A stretch of 64,000 bases of DNA from an uncultured archaeon (GTDB taxonomy: Archaea > Aenigmatarchaeota > Aenigmatarchaeia > QMZP01), in contig CAZIAB010000001.1 in NCBI GenBank assembly GCA_964537525.1, positions 425-64,424 on the forward strand, in the 5' to 3' direction. Of this stretch, positions 34,791 to 43,600 are shown in pieces. The notes under the pieces were generated by a model. The model worked only from the letters and a program-made list of their open reading frames with translations, was not told where the DNA came from and ran no database searches. A program made the position numbers and the translations under genes. Numbering within the stretch: the stretch's first letter is position 1; every line of letters begins with the position of its first letter.

Positions 34791-35701
34791 ATCCAGTAAA
34801 AGGCAAGACCGGAGGGTCAGGGGCCTCAGAGAAACCCGGGGAACCGGAGATAATCAAATCAATAGTCCTGGATACGATATCAGAGCTAATTATATATCAG
34901 GACACTGAGATGAGGATACTCTGGGTGAACAAGGCTGCTGCGGAGTCAGTGAAGAAGAATCCAGGGGAGCTTGCAGGGAAGCACTGCTACGAGGTCTGGC
35001 CCGGGCACAATAAACCCTGCGTTGGTTGTCCTATCATGAAATCACTGAAGAGCGGGAAGCAGGAAACAGGTGAGGTGACCACCCCTGATGGGAGGGTCTG
35101 GATTATCAGGGGATATCCTGTAATCGAAAACGGGAAGATTGTGAACATGGTGGAAATCGTGCTCGAGATGACCGAGCAGAGGAAGATAGAAGAGAGATAC
35201 AGGAGCCTGGTCGAGCTTGCTCCTGACGGTATAATCAGCGCGGACACGAAAGGGAACATCATTACGTGCAACGATGCCTTTGCAGAGCTCTCTGGCTACA
35301 GGAAGGATGAAATTGCCGGGAAGAATTTCGTGAATCTCCCGACGCTTAGAAAGAGGGACCTGCCAAGGTACATCAAGCTCTTTGCTTCTGTCGTTCGCGG
35401 GAAAAGGCCCGGGCCGTTTGAGTTCGAGTGGGTCCATAAGGACGGCTCTGTCAGGATGGGCGACATCCGCATCGGGGTATTGAAGAAGGACGGGAAGATA
35501 ACAGGCATCCAGGCAGTCATCAGGGACGTTACGAACAGGAAGAAGGCAGAGGAGAATGTTAGCAAGAGAACAGAGGAACTGGAGAGGATAAACAAGCTCT
35601 CCATCGGAAGGGAAGTCAAGATGTCAGAACTCAAGAAAAGGCTAGGGAGGCTTGAGGCTCTGCTGAAGAAGCACGGGATTAGTGAGAAGGATGTGGATTA
35701 G
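34787..35701 (+). CDS. double-PAS-domain signalling protein with a C-terminal coiled-coil
   Basis: Two PAS-like segments (ISELIIYQDTEMRILWVNKAAAE... and APDGIISADTKGNIITCNDAFAELSGYRKDEIAGKNF...) followed by a helical K/E-rich tail. The first PAS carries an HCYEVWPGHNKPCVGCP Cys cluster. The start overlaps the upstream stop (ATGA). Confidence 0.75.
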   Translation: MNPVKGKTGGSGASEKPGEPEIIKSIVLDTISELIIYQDTEMRILWVNKAAAESVKKNPGELAGKHCYEVWPGHNKPCVGCPIMKSLKSGKQETGEVTTPDGRVWIIRGYPVIENGKIVNMVEIVLEMTEQRKIEERYRSLVELAPDGIISADTKGNIITCNDAFAELSGYRKDEIAGKNFVNLPTLRKRDLPRYIKLFASVVRGKRPGPFEFEWVHKDGSVRMGDIRIGVLKKDGKITGIQAVIRDVTNRKKAEENVSKRTEELERINKLSIGREVKMSELKKRLGRLEALLKKHGISEKDVD

Positions 35702-35703
35702 GG

Positions 35704-38700
35704 ATGAACGTCTACAACCTTTTGCCTCTGGTTGCTTTTTCTTCAAACATTGCGCTTGCCCTTTACATACTGTACAGGAATCCCGGGGACAGGCTGAACA
35801 GGATATTCAGCATCGTGCTTTTCTCGGTGGCGGTCTGGTCAATCGGAGAATTTCTATCCTTCACGTCAGCAACGCCTGAGATGTCCGTCCAGCTTTATAC
35901 GATTGCGTGGTCAGGCTCATTGCTGGTTCCGGGCGTGCTGCTGCATTTCTTCCTGGAGTTCACAGGGAGCAGTATAATTAAAAGGAAAAGGAACATACCT
36001 CTTCTTTACCTGCCATATGCGTTCTTCCAGTGCATGGTGATTTTCATGCCAGGCCTCCTGGCGGAATCTGCAAGCGCCACATACTGGGGATACGGATTCG
36101 TGCGCGGGATTCTTTACGTCCCTGTCGTGTTATACCTGCTGGGTTATACGATTGCAGGGATCCTTGCATGCTACAGGTTCTATCTCAAATCCGCAGGCAG
36201 GGTGAGGAATCAGGCAAGGCTCCTCATAATTTCCATGGTCTTCTCGCTGATAGGTGGCATCATAACCGATGTCTTCATGCTGAACGTGGGGTTCGCGGCG
36301 TTCCCGCCCCTGACAACGACATTCTCGACCTTCACTGGGGCGATAATAGCCTATGCAATAGTCAGGCACGGGCTCATGTCTCCCATGAGTTTCAGCATAC
36401 GGAGGAAGACTGCCACGGTCTTTTTGCTGTTCATCATAGCCTTCTGTGCTTTCACGTTTTCCCTGGAGAGCATCTTCTCAGCGAGCGTTGTAGAGGTCCA
36501 GGCCAGGGAGCACCTTGAAACGATAACCCAAATCAAGACGAACTGGATTGATTCTTACATGGGTGACAGGGAGAGCGACATCAAACTCCTTGCATCATCA
36601 TCATCTGTCAGACAGGCATTCAACGGGAAACTTGGCATAGAGATCCAGCTCGCGAAGGACAGCATAAAGCAGAAAGCGATTGAAGTTGCTGGCCAGGTCG
36701 ACGATTACATCAGCAGCCATCCCGGCATGACGGTCGGGGAGCTCCAGAACGACCCGGCGTTCCAGGAGATTGCGGTCCAGCAGGTCGGGGAGACAGGATA
36801 CACGGCACTCACTGATTATGATACCCTGATATGCAGGTTCCATAAGAACCCCGACCTCGTTGACGTTGATTTGCATTCCTTTGCTGAAAGCCTTCCCGGG
36901 TTCTGGTCTGTAATGTCAGAGACAGAAGGAGGAAATGAAGCAGAGGGCTTCTATGACTGGGAAGAGCCTGACGGCAGCATGAAGGAGAAATATATGTATA
37001 TCACGATTCCCATGAGGAGAACAGCCGACGGTGTGGGGGGGCTGAGCGTTGCGGCAACGACCTATCTTGAGGAGTATGAATCCACGATGAAGCTGGCAAA
37101 GGAGTATGAGGATTATTTCCTTGGTTTCATGGAGAACTATGATTATCGTGAGATGTTCCTGATAAGTGCGGGTGGCGAGGTCTGGTGGGCAGCAAGAGAA
37201 AAGAGCGGAATTGGGAAGGACCTTGATGAAGAGCCTTACAACCAAACGGCGCTTGCACGCGTATACAGGGAATCCAGGAACGAGGGCAGGGCTTTCTATG
37301 ACTATGAAATTGATGTGACGGGCGAGGCGTCATTCTTTATTTCTTTTCCCGTTTACATAGAGGACAGGCTCGCTGGGATAATCGTCCTGCAGACAGGGAC
37401 GGAAGACATTGACAGCATCCTGGAGGACAGGACAGGCCTCGGGGAAACCGGGGAAAGCTATCTCGTGGGTGCGGATTACCTCATGAGGTCAAACTCGAGG
37501 TTCCATGAGGAAAGCACGATACTCAGGCTGAGGGTTGATACGGATAACGCAAAGGACTGCTTCCTTCATAAAACCCTTCGTGAAGAAGAAATCGGGGAAA
37601 TGCACGGGGAGATAAAGATAACCAGCAACTACATGGGAACGAGCGTCCTTGGGACGCATGAATACATACCTGAAATGGATTTGTGCCTCCTCGTTGAAAT
37701 CAGCGAGTCAGAGTTGTTCGCTCCCATAAGCGAGATGCAGCAGGGCTTGTTGATATACTTCATCATCATCGTGGTTCTGGGTGCGTTGGTTTCTATTCTC
37801 GTATCCAGCTCTATAACGAAACCCATAATCCGGCTAAGGGATGCCGTGGTTGAGATTGGCAGGGGAAAGCTCAATACCAGGATACTGGTCAATACAGGGG
37901 ACGAGATAGGCGAACTTGCATCTGCTTTCAGGAAGATGACAGGTAACCTGAGGGATTCGCGCAGGGAGATAGAGAAGCGTGCCGAGGAACTGGAGAAGAG
38001 CGTCCATGAGAGGACTGAGCAACTTGACGTGAGGGTCAAGGAACTTACGGACACCAAGACTGCCATCCTTAACATGATGGAGGACGTTGACAAGACCAAC
38101 ATGGAACTGATGAATACCCAGAAGCAGCTGAAGAAGAGCCTTTCTGAGCTGGAGGAGGTCGATGTCAAGAAGAACCAGTTCATCTCCATAGCCGCCCATG
38201 AGCTGAAGACCCCGCTCACGTCGATACATGGATTCTCACAGCTCCTGCTAAACAAGAATGTCGCAGAAAAGGTTGATATGAGGAACAAATACCTCAAGAT
38301 AATGGACCACGAAACCAGGAGGCTTGCAAACCTCGTTGATGACATCCTTGACCTATCCAGGATAGACATGGGGACAATGAAATTCAGCCTTGATAACGTT
38401 GACATGAACGAACTGCTTGACAGCATCAGGAAAGAGGCGGACGTGCTCATAAAGAACAAGGGCCTCCAGCCTGAATATGAGATAAGCAAGAAACTGCCGA
38501 AGGTAAGGACAGACCCTGAGAAGCTGACGCAGGTGCTGATAAACCTGATAAACAATGCCGCGAAATATACCCCAAAGGGCAAGGTAACGTTAAAGGCCTT
38601 GAGGGAAGACCACAGCGTGCGTTTCGTCATAAAGGATACCGGCATAGGGATACCGAAAAACAAGCAGAAAAAGATATTCGAGAGGTTCTACCAGATTGAT

Positions 38701-38955
38701 TCTTCATACACGAGGAGCGCCGGGGGAACCGGTTTGGGCCTTGCACTCTGCAAGGAGTTCATAGAGATGCTTGGCGGTGAGATATGGGTGAACAGCGAAC
38801 CTGGAAAGGGGAGCGAGTTCCATGTCCTACTGCCAATCAGGGCCACCCTCAAGAAGGGTGCCAAGGAGAGAGCGAGAGAAAGCCTAATGAAGGCCAAGAT
38901 TGTTTTGCCTGATGCGGAAAAAGCTACCTTGAAACAGCCCACTCAATCCTCCTGA
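35704..38955 (+). CDS. sensor histidine kinase: N-terminal 7-8 TM domain, large extracytoplasmic Cache-like sensor domain, TM, HAMP, coiled-coil, HisKA, HATPase_c
   Basis: 1083 aa. About 8 TM helices in residues 1-250, a roughly 450-aa extracytoplasmic region, a TM helix (LLIYFIIIVVLGALVSILV), a HAMP-like region (IRLRDAVVEIGRGKLNTRI...GDEIGELASAFRKM), the H-box FISIAAHELKTPLTSI, an N-box LINLINNAAKYT and G-boxes DTGIGI / GGTGLGLALC. No receiver domain. Confidence 0.85.
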   Translation: MNVYNLLPLVAFSSNIALALYILYRNPGDRLNRIFSIVLFSVAVWSIGEFLSFTSATPEMSVQLYTIAWSGSLLVPGVLLHFFLEFTGSSIIKRKRNIPLLYLPYAFFQCMVIFMPGLLAESASATYWGYGFVRGILYVPVVLYLLGYTIAGILACYRFYLKSAGRVRNQARLLIISMVFSLIGGIITDVFMLNVGFAAFPPLTTTFSTFTGAIIAYAIVRHGLMSPMSFSIRRKTATVFLLFIIAFCAFTFSLESIFSASVVEVQAREHLETITQIKTNWIDSYMGDRESDIKLLASSSSVRQAFNGKLGIEIQLAKDSIKQKAIEVAGQVDDYISSHPGMTVGELQNDPAFQEIAVQQVGETGYTALTDYDTLICRFHKNPDLVDVDLHSFAESLPGFWSVMSETEGGNEAEGFYDWEEPDGSMKEKYMYITIPMRRTADGVGGLSVAATTYLEEYESTMKLAKEYEDYFLGFMENYDYREMFLISAGGEVWWAAREKSGIGKDLDEEPYNQTALARVYRESRNEGRAFYDYEIDVTGEASFFISFPVYIEDRLAGIIVLQTGTEDIDSILEDRTGLGETGESYLVGADYLMRSNSRFHEESTILRLRVDTDNAKDCFLHKTLREEEIGEMHGEIKITSNYMGTSVLGTHEYIPEMDLCLLVEISESELFAPISEMQQGLLIYFIIIVVLGALVSILVSSSITKPIIRLRDAVVEIGRGKLNTRILVNTGDEIGELASAFRKMTGNLRDSRREIEKRAEELEKSVHERTEQLDVRVKELTDTKTAILNMMEDVDKTNMELMNTQKQLKKSLSELEEVDVKKNQFISIAAHELKTPLTSIHGFSQLLLNKNVAEKVDMRNKYLKIMDHETRRLANLVDDILDLSRIDMGTMKFSLDNVDMNELLDSIRKEADVLIKNKGLQPEYEISKKLPKVRTDPEKLTQVLINLINNAAKYTPKGKVTLKALREDHSVRFVIKDTGIGIPKNKQKKIFERFYQIDSSYTRSAGGTGLGLALCKEFIEMLGGEIWVNSEPGKGSEFHVLLPIRATLKKGAKERARESLMKAKIVLPDAEKATLKQPTQSS

Positions 38956-39301
38956 TGAGGTCATTGTTGTCAAAGGGTTTCGTGATGTAGTCAAGAATCA
39001 TCAGTTTCTTGAGGGTGCGGTAATTGATTTCCTTTGATTTCAGTATGGTAAGGAAGACTATCTTCGTTTTCCTGGTTTTCGGGGTTTCCCTTATCTTCTT
39101 CGCGACATCGGTTCCCTTCATACCGGGCATCATTATGTCAAGCAGTAGAAGGTCTGGCTTCTCATTCTCGATAATTTCGAGGGCTTCCCTGCCATTGCCC
39201 GCAGTCACTACGTCAAAGCCCTTTGAATCGAGCAGGTCCCTTATCAGAATTAACAGATTCTCTTCATCATCAACGACCATTATCTTTTTCTTCTTGGGCA
39301 T
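38924..39301 (-). CDS. stand-alone CheY-like response-regulator receiver domain protein
   Basis: 125 aa. IMVVDDE, the phospho-acceptor D in LLLLDIMMPG, and T/K positions (FLTILKS...ITKPF). No output domain. Its 3' end overlaps the histidine-kinase 3' end by about 30 nt in a convergent arrangement. Confidence 0.85.
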   Translation of the reverse strand: MPKKKKIMVVDDEENLLILIRDLLDSKGFDVVTAGNGREALEIIENEKPDLLLLDIMMPGMKGTDVAKKIRETPKTRKTKIVFLTILKSKEINYRTLKKLMILDYITKPFDNNDLIRRIEWAVSR

Positions 39302-39326
39302 GTCATGTCCTGAGATGCAGAAGATG

Positions 39327-39698
39327 TCATCCGATAATCTTCTTGATTCTCTTCAGTAAATCGGCGTTGTCAAATGGTTTCGTGATGTAATCCGAGACTC
39401 CCATCTTCTTCAGCGTGTCTTTTCCGGATTCAGAGAACTTTGCAACGGTCAGGAAGGCGACTTTCAGGTCCTTTGTCCCGGGGTCTGCCCTTATCTTCTC
39501 GCAGACCTCCCTGCCGCTCATCCCGGGCATCATCATGTCGAGGAGGACCAGGTCAGGCTTGGTCTTCTTCAGTTTCTCCAGGGCTTCCCTGCCATTGCTG
39601 ACCGCTATCACGTTATATCCCTCGGCCCCCAGGATTGCCTTTATCAGCTCAAGAAGTGAAGACTCGTCATCCACTGCCATTATGGTCTTTGACATCAT
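39327..39698 (-). CDS. stand-alone CheY-like response-regulator receiver domain protein (tandem paralog)
   Basis: 123 aa. IMAVDDE, LVLLDMMMPG, FLTVAKF...ITKPF. Paralogous to the adjacent receiver. Confidence 0.85.
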   Translation of the reverse strand: MMSKTIMAVDDESSLLELIKAILGAEGYNVIAVSNGREALEKLKKTKPDLVLLDMMMPGMSGREVCEKIRADPGTKDLKVAFLTVAKFSESGKDTLKKMGVSDYITKPFDNADLLKRIKKIIG

Positions 39699-39791
39699 TT
39701 ATATTTGTTTATGTTTTATTTAAATCTGAATTCCGGCGTCTGTTTTATAAACCGGTCCGCCAATATATTAATTACTATAGTAGTGGTGATT
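39699..39791. promoter_or_regulatory. AT-rich divergent promoter region between the CheY pair (-) and the KaiC-like gene (+)
   Basis: ttttatttaaat and gttttataaacc TATA-like boxes. A GGTGA ribosome-binding site lies 5 nt before the KaiC ATG. Confidence 0.4.
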
Positions 39792-40646
39792 ATGGCAGGG
39801 GTCAAGGCAAAGATAGACATCTCCAAGATAAAGAAGGCCGTGAAGAAGGAATTCTCAGAGAAGGGAAGCAAGACAGAGATTGTTACAAAGGTCGGAAGGG
39901 AATACATAAAGACCGGCATAAAGGGTTTCGATGCGCTGTTCGAGATAGGGATACCCAGGGGAGCGATAGTTCTGGTTGCAGGTGGGCCCGGATCTGGGAA
40001 GACGACGCTCTGCCTTCACATGATAATAAATGCCGCGAGGGCAGGAAAGAAATGCCTTTACATGTCATTCGAGGAGTCAGAGGAGAGGCTCTTCCAGCAC
40101 ATGGAGGACTTCGGCTGGGTCCCGAAGGCGGTGGACAAGAAGAACCTCCTGATAAGAAGGTTCAGCTCCTTCGACATATCAAAGGCCATAGACGCCATGC
40201 TGGCTAAACAGAAAGGCGAGCTCATGATAGACTTCGAACCCGTCATCCTTCCGAAGGGCTTTGTCCCGGACTTCGTGATAGTGGATTCTGTCAGCTCTAT
40301 ATCGTCCAACTTCATCGGCAGGGAGGAGAGCTACAGATCATACATAGAACATTTATTCAGGTTCTTCGAGGATAAGGGCTCAACGACATTCATGATATCA
40401 GAGACCGACCAGAACACGGTCTCCTACAGCAGGACCGGCGTCGAGGAATTCCTCGCAGACGGCGTCGTGGCCCTCTACAACATAAGGAGGGGTGACGTGA
40501 GGGAGATGGCCCTTGAAGTGATAAAGATGAGAGGGACCAAGCACAAGAAGAAGCTGGTTGCGACAAAGGTGGTTGGCGGCGTCGGGATAGAGGTGTATCC
40601 GGAGCAGGAAGTGTTCGGTGCGACAGAGGCAAGGCAGATAGGATAG
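39792..40646 (+). CDS. single-domain KaiC/RadA-like ATPase (RecA superfamily) with intact Walker A and B motifs
   Basis: About 284 aa. GIKGFDALFEIGIPRGAIVLVAGGPGSGKTTLCLHMI (Walker A), CLYMSFEESEERL, DFVIVDSVSS (Walker B region), TTFMISE. Start moved from the ORF-track start (39705) to the ATG at 39792. Confidence 0.8.
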   Translation: MAGVKAKIDISKIKKAVKKEFSEKGSKTEIVTKVGREYIKTGIKGFDALFEIGIPRGAIVLVAGGPGSGKTTLCLHMIINAARAGKKCLYMSFEESEERLFQHMEDFGWVPKAVDKKNLLIRRFSSFDISKAIDAMLAKQKGELMIDFEPVILPKGFVPDFVIVDSVSSISSNFIGREESYRSYIEHLFRFFEDKGSTTFMISETDQNTVSYSRTGVEEFLADGVVALYNIRRGDVREMALEVIKMRGTKHKKKLVATKVVGGVGIEVYPEQEVFGATEARQIG

Positions 40647-40659
40647 CCGTTAAATTATT

Positions 40660-43600
40660 ATGGTATTTCATACTCGCAGATTGCTGGCATTCGCTTTTCT
40701 GTTTTTGGCAGTAACACCTGGTCTGGTGATGGCTGCCCCGAGCGTGAGCCTGTCCTCGCCCGATGACGGAAATGTATCGTTGTCCGGGAGCGTGGCGTTT
40801 GAGTGCAATGCCACGGCAGACTCGCTGACAGAACTCGCTCTGTATACAGACATCATCGGGGGCTGGTCAGCATATGAGACTGCATATTACGGACAACTGT
40901 CCGAGGATTCCAACACGCTTCTGTTGTGCAACTTCACCGGATATGCGTGCAGCGATTCCACGGGAACGGATTCCGGGACATCCATAACGGCGGGCAAGAT
41001 AGGGGGCGGCGTCTTCGTGGACGGGACCGACACGCTAACCTTTTCCAGTGCAGGCAACTTCGACGTGCTGGAGGGCTCGATTGAGATGTGGGTGAAGCCA
41101 GAGGGCAACCTGAGCGGGCAGCACTGGCTCTTCATCGTTGCGCAGAGCCCGAGCGTGCACACGACAGAGTACAGGCTATGGATAGCGGATGACGTCCTGT
41201 ATTTCAGGTTCATGGACGAATACGAATCCCCGTCCAGCGTGTGGAGGGACGTTTCCTCGTGGAATCCCGGGGAGTGGCATCATGTTGCAGCTACGTGGAA
41301 AGCAAGCACGGATTCGATGGAACTTTATGTTGACTCTAGCACGGGCGGGAATTCCTATAATATCGGCGGTATGGGTTACATGGGCTCCATGGGTGACACC
41401 ATGTACGTGGGAAGCTACAAACTGGGTTCAGGCCAGTTCAACGGAACGATGGATGAGTTCAGGATAAGCGATTACGAGAAGAGCGCATCAGAGATAAACG
41501 ATTCCTACATGACCGGCCTGACCAACGTGACCTCCGCCGGCGGGCAATGGACCGTCAGCGGGATAAGCGACGGGACGTATGTGTGGAACTGCATGGCAAC
41601 TGACAACGCATCGGTTACTGGATGGAACGACACGAACAGGACCCTCTACGTGGACGCGTCCAGCCCGCCTGTCGTAAATTCAGTTACAACGGTCCCGAAC
41701 ACGACTGACGGGCTTGACCCGGGCATAGACATAAACGTCACCGCGAACATAACGGACGTGAGCGGAGTCAATGCGAGCATACTCATGTACAGGAGGTCAG
41801 GGACGTCTACGTGGAGCAACGTGACCATGAACAACATAACCCCAGACATCTGGAACGGTTCCTTCCCGGTTCCCCTGCCGCCGGGTACGTGGGAATACGC
41901 GATATGGTACAACGACAGCAACTCTCACTCGAACCAGACAGCCGTAATGAACGTCTCCGCTGAGTATGATTATTCCTGGTCATTATCGCCCTCTTCCATG
42001 GGAACCACTTACATTGTCGCAGGAGAGACCGGAACTCTCGGGGATCTGCATATAACGAACACGGGCGAATATCCGCTGAATTTCAACATATCGTCCACGT
42101 GGGGGGACACATCATTCAACGTATCAGACCCGGACAGCTTTGACATAGGAGTAGGCCAGTCGAGGACCATAAACGTGACGGTGACGGCCTCGGTGACTCC
42201 TTACGAATATGCAGTCAATATAACGATAGGCTGCACGACTCCGGGAGCGAGCACGACCTCCTCTGTGGTGGATGCCTCCCTGATATCTTACGTGGGCGGG
42301 CCCCAGCTCACGGTGACTATAACGAACCATCCCGTTTCCGTCCTTCAGAGCCAGTCGAACATCGTGTTCAATGCGACCGTGAAGAACATAGGTAACGAGA
42401 CTGCTAACGGCACGTGGATAAACTGGACGTTCCCGGCGGGGTGGTCAAACTCCTCGGGGAACGTGACATACTTTGCAGGGAACATAGCGGCAGGCTCCAC
42501 GTTCTACTCGAACATCGTCATGTACACCTCGTCTTCTGCTGCGGCAGGGGTGTCGCAGGTATACCTGAACGCGAGCTCCAACCAGACCTATAACGGCTCT
42601 GACAGCACCCTGATCGGGATATCCTGCAGCAGCTCTGACAGCGTCTGCGGTTCGGGGTGCACCTACCTGACCGATTCCAACTGCGCTGCCCCGGGGGGCG
42701 ACGGGGGGAGTTCCGGCACCTCGGGCACCGTGGTCTCGGGCGGGGGCAGGGCATCCTATTACAGGCTTGACCTGAAGCTTCCCGCAAGGCTTGACCTTTT
42801 CAGGGGAGACATAGAGGACGTCGAGATAGTCGTGATGAACACCAACAACGTCGGGTTTTCAGAGCTAACCCTTTCATCAGGGGGTTACAGGTCAACCCTG
42901 ATATCCCTGTATTCGGGCATCCAGAACGGGACGATTGAGGCGAACTCTGAGATGCCGTTCACGCTGCGCATAAACGTTCCCGGCTACATGGCATACGGGG
43001 AGTATCCTGTAACAATCACTGCCACTGCATACGGGGGCCTGAACACGACCGTTGAGGGCTCTGCAACAATAAGGCTGCTCGTCCACAGCGTTGATGAGAA
43101 CGAAACAATCTCACTTTTCAGGGAAGCACAGAAGGCAATCGGGATAATGAACAGCGCGGGCATCCCAACCAACAGGACGTCAAGGATTCTCGAAGCCGCG
43201 TCCTCATACCTCGATGACTGGAATTATGACAAGGTAAAGGAACTTTCCCTGCTCATACTGGGATACAAGAACAGCTCGCTTGCCGCGAGGGCAATGCTCG
43301 GGGAGCTGGACGAGGGTATCTGGTATGCAGAGAGGTATGGCCTTTCTTTCCCTGAAACCACCAAGCTCAAGTCGCTTGCGTATTCGGCGCTCGCAAGGGA
43401 GGATTTCCAGAGGGCCGAAGATAGGTCTGAATCCGCGCTCCTCACGCTCGCGGTGGAGACGGGCACGGTTCTCCCGCTATTCATGTTCATTGAGAACAAC
43501 TGGCTCCTTATAATCCTCTCCTTTGCCGGGCTATCTGTCATCATGTTCTTTGGCAGGAGGGTGGTTATCCTGTCCCTAATAGAAAGGAGAATAAAGCGCC

